Assembly: GCA_963705505.1 (NCBI GenBank)
Contig: CAVPJU010000003.1
Location: 293,004-357,003 of the forward strand
DNA from: an uncultured bacterium
GTDB taxonomy: Bacteria; Desulfobacterota_D; UBA1144; Nemesobacterales; UBA2774
DNA: 64,000 nt
Reading direction: 5' to 3'
The position numbers were made by a program, and so were the translations under genes. Within the stretch, counting starts at the first letter, position 1. Each line of letters begins with the position of its first letter. The notes below the pieces were generated by a model. The model had not been told where the DNA came from, searched no databases, and saw only the letters and a list, made by a program, of their open reading frames with translations. Below are positions 55,699-64,000 of the stretch, piece by piece.

Positions 55699-57519
55699 AT
55701 GGAGGATTCAAAGGTTTCTGAAAAAGTCTTAACAAGAGCTGCCAAAAAGCATAAAACCGGTATAGATGAATCAATTTCTTGCCACGAAACCGGAACGCCG
55801 GCTGAAGGATACGGCAGAAGGGAATTCTTAAAGAACGTCGGCAGGATAACGGCTACAGGCATTGCCGTAGGAAGTATCGGTTTATCTCCGCTGCTTCAGG
55901 GATGCAACGAGTCCGCAGGCGGAGAGGAAGTTAACTGTGAAATCGGACCCCAGACAGGCCCGGCCCGGGCTGACTCGTCACTTCAGATCAGGCGTAATGC
56001 GGCACAGGCCGAAAGGAATATAGGGATACCCGATCATCCGTGTAACGGGGACGAATCCATATACCCTAATAAAATCGGCAATTTTACAAAGGGGCTTCCG
56101 CACAACTCTATAGGTGAGGTCGACCTCGATTCATACGAAGCCCTCATAGCCGCGATCACAACGGGGAAGTTCGGGGACTTCGAGCTACTCGCGGTAAACG
56201 GGCAGCTTGGTTGCCCCGACCCCGGACGCCAGCGCCGGTTGGTGAACCCTCAGGCGGGATACGCATTCGATCTCGAGGGCACGGACTCCCATCAGCTCTC
56301 GATGCGTGCGGCACCGGCATTCGATAGCGCCGAGGAAGCGGGGGAAATGGCTGAGCTCTACTGGATGGCGCTCCTCCGCGATGTGAATTTCCTCGGATAC
56401 GATAGCAGCCCTCTCGCCCAGGCGGCGGCTGACGACCTGTCCGGTTTTTCCGACTTCCGCGGACCCAAGGATAACGGCATAGTCACACCGGGGACACTTT
56501 TCCGGGACAAATATCCGGGATGCACCACAGGTCCCTACATATCTCAGTTCCTGTTAAAGGATTGCCCTTTCGGCTCTCAGTTCGTAGATCAGCGTATCCA
56601 GACTACGACTGCGGTTGACTTTATGACTGATTTTGCTTACTGGCTCGATATTCAGAACGGATGTCAGCCTCAAGTCTCACAGGAGCCTGGCGGGCTTGTA
56701 TTTTGCCGTAACGGACGCGATCTTTCTCAGTATGTCCATGTCGACGCGCTCTACCAGGCGTACTTTGTCGCCTGCCTGATCCTGCTTGCGAACCGGATCC
56801 CGTTAAACATCGGCAACCCTTACGGTCAGACCCCGGACCCGGGCTCCGGATTGCCGCTACCTCCGGGCGTGAGCGGAGCGCTGGCCCAGGTGGGATTCGG
56901 CACATTCGGCGGTCCCCATATACTGGCTTTATTGACCGAAGTGTCGTCGCGAGCGCTGAAGGCCGTATGGTACCAGAAGTGGCTAGTGCATCGACGTCTC
57001 AGGCCCGAGGAATTCGGCGGGCGCGTCGAGGTAGTGCGTCTCGGCCTCGCGGACTACCCGGTAAATGGGGAGCTTTTCGATTCTTCAGTGCTCGATGCCC
57101 TTCTCAATAAAACAGGAAATTACTTATTACCCACCGCATTCCCGGAGGGTTCCCCCATGCACACCTCTTACGGCTCGGGACACTCTACCGTAGCCGGGGC
57201 GTGCGTTACCGTGTTAAAAGCATGGTTCGACGAATCAGTCGTTATTCCAAACCCGCTAGTCCCGAGCGGAGACGGCACATCGCTCGAGCCCTATGATGGA
57301 CCGCCTCTCACAATCGGAGGAGAGCTCAACAAGCTCGCCTCTAACATCTCCCAGGGGCGAAACATTGCGGGAGTCCACTGGAGGACTGACGCAACTGAGG
57401 CGAATCTGCTCGGGGAGGCGATAGCCATAAGCATACTGAGAGACCAGAGAGCGACATACAGCGAACCGTTCAGCGGTTTCACATTCACCAAGTTCGACGG
57501 GACCACGATAACGGTGTGA
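55699..57519 (+). CDS. Vanadium-dependent haloperoxidase (bromoperoxidase-type), predicted Tat lipoprotein
   Basis: Vanadate motifs QKWLVHRRLRPE, HTSYGSGH, GRNIAGVHW; Tat GRREFLK plus lipobox LLQGC. Confidence 0.9.
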   Translation: MEDSKVSEKVLTRAAKKHKTGIDESISCHETGTPAEGYGRREFLKNVGRITATGIAVGSIGLSPLLQGCNESAGGEEVNCEIGPQTGPARADSSLQIRRNAAQAERNIGIPDHPCNGDESIYPNKIGNFTKGLPHNSIGEVDLDSYEALIAAITTGKFGDFELLAVNGQLGCPDPGRQRRLVNPQAGYAFDLEGTDSHQLSMRAAPAFDSAEEAGEMAELYWMALLRDVNFLGYDSSPLAQAAADDLSGFSDFRGPKDNGIVTPGTLFRDKYPGCTTGPYISQFLLKDCPFGSQFVDQRIQTTTAVDFMTDFAYWLDIQNGCQPQVSQEPGGLVFCRNGRDLSQYVHVDALYQAYFVACLILLANRIPLNIGNPYGQTPDPGSGLPLPPGVSGALAQVGFGTFGGPHILALLTEVSSRALKAVWYQKWLVHRRLRPEEFGGRVEVVRLGLADYPVNGELFDSSVLDALLNKTGNYLLPTAFPEGSPMHTSYGSGHSTVAGACVTVLKAWFDESVVIPNPLVPSGDGTSLEPYDGPPLTIGGELNKLASNISQGRNIAGVHWRTDATEANLLGEAIAISILRDQRATYSEPFSGFTFTKFDGTTITV

Positions 57520-57593
57520 CAAGAAATCGCAACGCCGAATGTAAAAGGGAAAGCAGACGTTCGGGATTCAAGCATTCAGATCATCCGCATGAA

Positions 57594-57659
57594 TGGGCAG
57601 GGAGGGAGTCGAACCCTCATGGGCGCGAGCCCAACGACTTTTGAGGCCGTCGCGTCTGC
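57594..57659 (-). repeat. 3' two-thirds of tRNA-Leu(CAA) (att site fragment)
   Basis: GCAGACGCGACGGC-CTCAAAA-GTCGT, variable arm, GAGGGTTCGACTCCCTC, CCTGCCCA; 5' acceptor strand absent. Confidence 0.85.
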
Positions 57660-57710
57660 TAAGGTAAGTATCTTGTAACTGCTTACTTTTTTGTTGGGCT
57701 GAATACTTAG

Positions 57711-57733
57711 TGCTAACAGAATTGCTAACAGAA
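57711..57733. repeat. Tandem TGCTAACAGAA direct repeat (possible integrase arm-type sites)
   Basis: 11-bp repeat at 57711 and 57723, ~50 bp from the att core. Confidence 0.5.
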
Positions 57734-58484
57734 CTTCTCAATTTTAGTATTTTCAGAGCCTCTTTCAGTCTATCGTTTATTGGAATCTGTCTAGTTTTAT
57801 CGGATTTACTCATAGCCACGTTAATATAACCAACCTCTAGGTTCACATCCTTCCAATTAAGCGTTATTATCTCCCCATACCTCATGCCCGTGTTTAAGGC
57901 CGTTATAAGTACGGGTTTCAAATGGTCGGAGCATGATTCCAGTAACACATGTTCCTCTTCCTTAGTTAACACTCTGACCGCTTTGAGTTCTTCTTTATAG
58001 AATTTAACTTTGGATATTGGATTAGACAGACACTTGTCCCATGCTATTCCCAGATTGAACATTCTCCTTAGAAGAGAGAGTTCCATGTTCACGGTACGAG
58101 CGGATACGGACTTTTTCCTTTCCAGTTTGTATTTCTCGATCAGAATTGGACTTATCTCGGTAAGGCTATAGGAACCAAAGAATGGGACAAGACATCTAAG
58201 AGAGCACGCATCCCTATCCCAGGACCTCTTATTCTCTTTGGCATATTCTAAATAGTCCTTAGCAAACTCAGAAAAGGTGGGAGCAATCATATTAACAGGA
58301 AGATTGAATTTCCCATGTAGCACTTCGGTTTTTCTAATAGCCAGGAGCTTTCTAGCATCAGCTTTACTTACTTCCCCTACCCTGCCAACACTTTCCCATT
58401 TTCTTTTGCCGTTGACTGTGTAATCGATATACCAGTATTCACTCTTCTTCTCTTTCCATATAACCGTTCTTTTAAAGACTCCCA

Positions 58485-58775
58485 TTATTTAGTCCTCCTT
58501 CTTGTTTTCTTTTTCTCAAGCTCTTCTAATGGATCAATTTCTCTCTTTTCTTTTCCAACATAAATACAGTGAGTTTTATTCTGATAGGTGAAGTAGGCAT
58601 ACCAATATAGACCATGACCTTTTCCACCTTCTTTACACTTCTTACATCCACATTTAGCAGGTTTTTGTTGGTAGACAACAGACGGGGGGAGCTTAGCTTC
58701 TATATAGTTTTTCAACTCACGTAACTCTTTCAGATTAAGTGATTTAATTTGCTTCATCAGGGTCTTATCTATCAT
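58485..58775 (-). CDS. Small basic Cys/His protein (DUF6788-like), translationally coupled to the integrase
   Basis: KCGCKKC...GHGLYWY...YVGK; its stop overlaps the integrase ATG (TAATG). Confidence 0.7.
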   Translation of the reverse strand: MIDKTLMKQIKSLNLKELRELKNYIEAKLPPSVVYQQKPAKCGCKKCKEGGKGHGLYWYAYFTYQNKTHCIYVGKEKREIDPLEELEKKKTRRRTK

Positions 58776-58783
58776 TCATAGAT

Positions 58784-58812
58784 ATGATACCGTATTGTAC
58801 GTCAAATGTCAA
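58784..58812 (-). promoter_or_regulatory. sigma70 promoter for the DUF6788-like/integrase pair (near-leaderless)
   Basis: TTGACA-N17-TATCAT ending 8 bp before ATG 58775. Confidence 0.65.
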
Positions 58813-59330
58813 TGAAAAAGTGTAGGAAATGTAGCAGAATTGATATATAGGATAACCTTTAACAATTTAGATTGACTGTTATCTAACCTGGGAAGGATTT
58901 AGAGGTTTTTGGGCGACAACTCGTGTATCTCTCATTTTCCTACACTTCCTACACCTTCTACATGCTTGGAGTGCTTGGTGTAGATAGTGTAGCAAATGTA
59001 GCAATATAGATATACCCTCTTAATAAGGAGCTAATCAGGTAGAACATTCAATAGATATATACAATATATACATGTCTAACCTAGGAAAGAAATATAGATT
59101 AGTTGATCTAGACCTATTTCTAAATATGAAGGTTCATAAAATGCAATTACAATTTTGGGTAATCAATCAATTGTCACAAGCCTATATTGAGACCGGTAAG
59201 ACTTTTGAGAAACTGTCAAAACAAAAGAACTCAATCTATGACTAACGTTGATTCAGTGTAGATGGTGTAGCAAATGTAGGTAAATATATGTTAGGATACG
59301 TGTCAAATAATTAGTGAGTTCCTAAAACAT

Positions 59331-60383
59331 ATGAATGTTGAACCATACAATAAATTACTAACAGACTTTAAATCTATCACCTCATCAGAACCTTATGAAC
59401 CTACATTTATGGATTTGTCTCGTTATCCGCACTATGAAAATGTATGTAGCAATATATTAGCCTTTTATTTTGACAGGAATGAAGCTCATAAAATGGATGA
59501 TATGCTTTTGCTCGCTCTTTGTAAGACTTATGACGATTCGTTCGAAGAATATCATTTTGACAACGTGGAGGTTAAAAGAGAGGTTCTTACATCCGGGGGT
59601 AAGTATATAGACATACTAATAGAAGATGATAAATATATAGTCGCAATTGAAAATAAAATATTCCATGAAGTGGACAATGATTTACAAGACTATTCTAGAT
59701 ACATTGATAAAATCTCAAAAGGAAGAGAGAAAATAAAGATTCTTCTTTCACTATATAAAGCTGATGAACAAGAACTAAAGAAACAAGGGTTTAAAAATAT
59801 CTTATACGCCGAGTTAATTGGAAAGATTGAAGAAACGATTGGAAGATATGTATTAGATGCTAATACAAAATATCTTAACTATATGATCGACTTTATAAAA
59901 ACATTAAAAAGACAAGAAAGGGGGAGTGCCATGAACAGGGAGTTTATCCGATTTCTTTCTGAAAATGAAAATGAAATAAACAGATTATTAGTCGATACAT
60001 CAGAGGTGAGAAAGGAGTTTAGGAGAAAACTACAGGAATTATCAGAATTAATTGAGATAGAGAAATATGGGAACGTTACACAGGGTTACTATAGAGAATT
60101 ATATGGAGAGCTATACGACACATTATATTACGATATAAAATTGCAAGAAGATTTTACCATAGCTATAGATACAATTCTCGCTGCTAGTGGCTGGTATTTT
60201 GATGTATTTCAAAGAGGACGTGATTCATCAAAGTTTGAAGAATTAATGAAAAGGAAGGATGTAAATCTGGAGCCATCTTATACAGTAGGCAGAAATAGAC
60301 TAAATGTTGAATATGATTATGATGAAAGTTTAGAAGAAATTGCACATACCCTGCAATACTTGATTGACTCGATTGCTACTTAA
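59331..60383 (+). CDS. PD-(D/E)XK nuclease superfamily protein
   Basis: HYENVCSNILAFYFD..H, VKRE, YIDILIE...IAIENKI-type motif (IVAIENKIFH). Confidence 0.8.
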   Translation: MNVEPYNKLLTDFKSITSSEPYEPTFMDLSRYPHYENVCSNILAFYFDRNEAHKMDDMLLLALCKTYDDSFEEYHFDNVEVKREVLTSGGKYIDILIEDDKYIVAIENKIFHEVDNDLQDYSRYIDKISKGREKIKILLSLYKADEQELKKQGFKNILYAELIGKIEETIGRYVLDANTKYLNYMIDFIKTLKRQERGSAMNREFIRFLSENENEINRLLVDTSEVRKEFRRKLQELSELIEIEKYGNVTQGYYRELYGELYDTLYYDIKLQEDFTIAIDTILAASGWYFDVFQRGRDSSKFEELMKRKDVNLEPSYTVGRNRLNVEYDYDESLEEIAHTLQYLIDSIAT

Positions 60384-60593
60384 ATTAGTTCGGTATCTCT
60401 CATATAACTACACCATCTACACCTGCTACATCAAAAGGTGTAGGAAGTGTAGGAGGTGTTAGACAAAAAGAAGATTTAGTAGTCCTTATGAGCATTTCAT
60501 CTTCGATAATCCTGTTGAGGTTAACGAGGTGTTGGGGTCACGAACCCATTCTGAGACCGGGTAAATCGGCAAAAATATCGTAAAATAGATCAT

Positions 60594-61805
60594 ATGGATT
60601 CCGGCGGCGGCTTTTCATTTTCAAAACAATTATCGAGGATTCAAGACCGGTATAACAACCGGCGCGAGTCATTATTTAAAATTGCAATTGGTCTGATGTG
60701 CGCCCTCGCAGTTTTAAGATTGGCGTATCAGTTCTGGCGCCTTCTCCTGGACCAGAAATGGAACGGTGCAATCGATCTCAGAATCATGCATGAATTTGTC
60801 GATTCATGGTTTAAAGGAGAACCGCTTAAGGAAATTCTCCATCTTCCCGCAACGTACGTAATGCTATGGCCCTTTACCGGGTTGATTTCTTTTGAATTCG
60901 CGAGATGGCTCTGGGCGGTTTTGTATATCGTTTCTCTTATCTGGTGCTCTTCCATAGTGATAGCTGAAACCGGGATCAAGAAAAGAGAGGAAATCTTATT
61001 TGCTGTTCTCTTTATTTTGTCGATCTACCCGACCGGAATCACTATCGGCAACGGCCAGGTCATTCTCTTTCTCCTTCCGGCTATTTTAACAGCTGTGTTG
61101 ATGGAGAGAGGGCGTGAAAGCGACATGGCTAAAGATATTATTATCTCTTTTCTTTTCCTTTTTTCCTCACTCAAGCTCACTGTTACAGCACCGTTCTTCT
61201 TAATTTCACTTATAACTCAAAGAGCGTTTCGTCCTTTACTTATTGCAGCTTGCGGTTATATCATCCTGACGTACATTGCAATATCATACCGCGACACTGG
61301 TCTTATTCAGATACTACAAGTCTGGTTGGAGGACAGTTCTGCTGTGGCAACAACGAATGGCTATGCGAACATTCACATCTGGCTCGGTAGTCTCGGCTTA
61401 AAACAATTGATATTCCCTTTCTCATTCGTCTTCATTTCAGCGTTCGGCGTTTGGTTATTCATATTCCGTAAAATCGACATCTGGATTCAACTCGGTGTTG
61501 CAGCTATTGTCGCCCGCATTTGGACCTATCACCGCCTTTATGACGATTTACTAATCCTCGTTCCGATGATCACAATTTTCAGAATAGTAAAAAGTAATCA
61601 ACTCTCCCGTAATGAGAGTCTCGTGGCAGATTTATTACTCCTAATTTCCTGGCTGGGTCTCCTCTCTCCCGGATCCTTTCTCCAGCTTCCGTTCCCTCTC
61701 GGAACCCTATCCAGGACCTGCCAGACAATTATCTGGATTTCGATGCTTGTCTTTCTCCTCTATTATGCTTACAAGATGAAAAAAGCGAACATGTCTGAAA
61801 GGTGA
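60594..61805 (+). CDS. GT87/DUF2029-like polytopic membrane glycosyltransferase (GT-C)
   Basis: AIDL, HLPATYVMLWPF, GNGQ, LK, YHRLYD; ~10 hydrophobic segments. Confidence 0.72.
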   Translation: MDSGGGFSFSKQLSRIQDRYNNRRESLFKIAIGLMCALAVLRLAYQFWRLLLDQKWNGAIDLRIMHEFVDSWFKGEPLKEILHLPATYVMLWPFTGLISFEFARWLWAVLYIVSLIWCSSIVIAETGIKKREEILFAVLFILSIYPTGITIGNGQVILFLLPAILTAVLMERGRESDMAKDIIISFLFLFSSLKLTVTAPFFLISLITQRAFRPLLIAACGYIILTYIAISYRDTGLIQILQVWLEDSSAVATTNGYANIHIWLGSLGLKQLIFPFSFVFISAFGVWLFIFRKIDIWIQLGVAAIVARIWTYHRLYDDLLILVPMITIFRIVKSNQLSRNESLVADLLLLISWLGLLSPGSFLQLPFPLGTLSRTCQTIIWISMLVFLLYYAYKMKKANMSER

Positions 61806-61974
61806 GCAGTACATCTCCGACATACTTACTATTCTGGTGTAGATGGTGTAGCAGATGTAGCAATATAAGAGATAGGTAAGGACTTTATTGGCATTTGTCT
61901 TATAGCTAAGGACATGAAAGAGTTGACCGGAATAACGATTGTAAGGGCTTTTGTAATTCAGGGCAAATCAATGC

Positions 61975-62319
61975 TCACATATCCTCTTTCTCTAACGGTT
62001 CGGTAGATGAATCCATAACAATTGAATGTAACTCTACCTCAAACCATTGCCAGAACATTTCATTAGTTCTGTCCTGTGGCAACCACGACTCTTCGGTACA
62101 CCATCCAAAAAGTAATTCATCAAAAATATCTTCATAAATCTCATCAATATATCCTTCAGCCTCTTCATCTGTGTTGTATTCAGGTATTAATATGGCAAGA
62201 CAGTCGGTCTTGAAATCATCTAGTGAGGATTCCCATTCGGCATCAGGCAATTGATTTGCCCAATCAACAAACGGCTGTTTCGGTCTTATGATTGCAATTG
62301 AACGGTTGATGGTATACAT
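61975..62319 (-). CDS. Acidic hypothetical protein
   Basis: INRSIAIIRPKQPFVDWAN...IFDELLFGW..E..LPQDR...FWQWFEVE looks like a conserved uncharacterised family. Confidence 0.7.
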   Translation of the reverse strand: MYTINRSIAIIRPKQPFVDWANQLPDAEWESSLDDFKTDCLAILIPEYNTDEEAEGYIDEIYEDIFDELLFGWCTEESWLPQDRTNEMFWQWFEVELHSIVMDSSTEPLEKEDM

Positions 62320-62552
62320 AAACAATATTATACTTTTCAGGACTCGAATAGTAAGCTTCCCCATTTAATCAGTCGCTGAATCGTGACTTCTTCATTTGAA
62401 CCTCCTGACCTACATTATTTTGCCAGAAAGTTCTACTTATCGCCTGTCTACTTTTTAGGGGAGCTTACACCTTTCCAGGAATTACGTGCCTTACGCCCCC
62501 CCTTGGATTCTCTATGTCTCCTTCTCTTCTCAGTATATCGAAATGGGTACTT

Positions 62553-63091
62553 TCACTCTGAACGCCAGAACAATAAATCTAAATATGCTCTGGGACAATT
62601 ATATTCATTCTTAGCCAATCTAGAGGCGAATTCTTGAATCTTTGCGTTATCCTCTCCTTCTAATTTCTTGATATTAACCCATCTTAATTTAATACCCTGT
62701 TTTTTGGCTTCCTTCTTAAGCCTTTCGGCATTGGGATTGTCCAATGGAACTTCGAGAAACTCAACAATTTTATCAAGGTCATAATTAGTTGAGATATATT
62801 TGTTCAGGCAGCACTCAAGAAGAAATATGTTAAGTGCTTTTCTAGCCACCTCCTTGAACTTTTATTGGGTAATTTCTCCTTCAGGTCTTTTGTAAAATTA
62901 TTAAGGAGCAAATTAAATTGTTCAGCCTCAGAAATTTCAGAAAACTTTTTCAGGGAGAGGTTGGAAAGAAATTTCCTAGCAATTTTTGCGGAACCTGCAC
63001 CTTGGTTACGTAAGGTTGTATTCCCAATAGTGATATTGGCTACCCTTCTTTGAAACTTAGATAGAACTCCTATACTAACTATATATATCAA
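62553..63091 (-). CDS. Hypothetical protein split by a frameshift near 62850
   Basis: Overlapping ORFs 62804-63091 and 62553-62849 read as one protein (TLRNQG...ARKALNIFL...LEVPLD...LDLLFW). Confidence 0.55.
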
Positions 63092-64000
63092 AATTTAGGT
63101 AAAGCAAGTGTAGAAATGTAGATAATCCTTTTCTCAACCATTCAACACCAAATCGAACCTCTGCTTCAAGTCCAGGTAATCCTTCTGCCACTGCTTCAAC
63201 CCCCTTTTCAAGACCGAAGTGTCCTGTGCCGAAGCTGAACCTCACCCAAAAGCTAGACCCGGTAAATTAGAGATTTGTGATATTACGAATTGATTCTTTC
63301 ATACCCAACAATCGTCATGTTATACAACTATGATTAGAGCAATTAGATATAGTCCTTTTTACCTACACTTGCTACACCTGCTACATATTTAATGTAGTTA
63401 GTGTAGGAAATGTAGATATATAGAGATAAGCCTGAGAATAGAAATTTTAATTTTCACTGAGCTCGTGGTGGGGTGGGAGACGTACCTCATACGATAAAAC
63501 TTACTACGTTCCAAGGGTAAGGCTCATTATGTTTATTCTAATGATATGGTCCTAATATAGTGTGGACAGGTCACTAGTTATTGGCAATTTCGATTTCTCA
63601 GAAAATATAGATGACTTAGAATGCGACTTAGTCTTTGAAAAATCCTTGATAAACTTATAGCATGAAATATCAATTACTTATGATCAATTACATTCTAATC
63701 CCATCTCAATCTAAACGGAACTCTGACACTTCAAAATATTTGTAAGATTTAACAAAGAGCAATCAAATAAGGCAACTCCATATGGTTTATTTTGTTGCGT
63801 ATTCTTTTTAGTTAGAGGTAGGGTGAGGGTTAACTCGATATAATCACGCGGCATTATACCTATGGGGAATTTGTTTTGAGGTTGTGGTATCCCTCCACAA
63901 GCCCACTTCGACCATCTCTATAGACCATCTTGGCTCCATAATTATATTCTTTAAATGTACCAATCGGTTCTTGAATTGCAATTTTCAAGTTTTTAATATA

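Larger units (their letters stand above)
57568..58485 (-). pseudogene. Phage-type tyrosine integrase, C-terminally truncated
   Basis: Arm-binding-type N-terminus, SAM-like domain, box I TGMRYGEI and KSDKTR present; HxLRH and catalytic Tyr absent; ORF reads through the att/tRNA fragment. Confidence 0.82.
58820..63430. repeat. Ten dispersed (RTGTAGnnn)x2-3 arrays with an AT-rich/GAGATA tail
   Basis: +58820, -58940..63, +58978, +59256, -60408..31, +60438, +61837, +63108, -63363..86, +63392. Confidence 0.9.
57594..64000. mobile_element. tRNA-Leu-integrated genomic island (continues beyond the window)
   Basis: tRNA fragment, adjacent integrase, AT-rich cargo, dispersed repeats. Confidence 0.8.

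Noticed and set aside
57594..57659. Functional tRNA-Leu(CAA)
   Set aside because: 5' acceptor strand and most of the D-arm are missing; treated as an att remnant.
58820..63430. CRISPR array or integron attC interpretation of the RTGTAG repeats
   Set aside because: No constant repeat with uniform spacers and no cas genes; no RYYYAAC...GTTRRRY-bounded attC hairpins, and the integrase is phage-type, not IntI.
63110..64000. Possible minus-strand gene fragments at the window end
   Set aside because: Short frames interrupted by stops with no recognisable motif; cannot support a call.

Overview
Bacterial chromosomal window. Gene content and rRNA style suggest a deltaproteobacteria-like lineage (Desulfobacterota/Ca. 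Dadabacteria); this is an unverified impression. 1-40.7 kb is mostly housekeeping: glcD, rplM-rpsI, ino1, queCE, mutAB, rimI, polyprenyl synthase, sbcC, fbp, tRNA-Leu/Cys, panBCD with a pan-motif attenuator, an NTP-transferase/CDP-alcohol transferase/hydroxylase operon, two dksA, mtnA, prmA, bamD, a subtilase, ald, a 16S-Ile-Ala-23S operon without an adjacent 5S, and moeB. 40.8-57.5 kb is a visibly more AT-rich accessory glycan-tailoring region: HTTM, SGNH, GT32 x2, sulfotransferase, GT2 x2, a SyrP/TauD-like dioxygenase-carrier protein-GNAT x3-ATP-grasp cluster, and a Tat-lipoprotein vanadium haloperoxidase. From 57.6 kb to the end lies a tRNA-Leu(CAA)-integrated island with a truncated tyrosine integrase. 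Its cargo genes are separated by ten copies of a 9-bp-period (RTGTAGnnn)x2-3 array, three of them as back-to-back inverted pairs; this is the most unusual unexplained structure in the window. Several single-base frameshifts suggest assembly indel errors. All calls come from visual motif recognition; no database searches were run.
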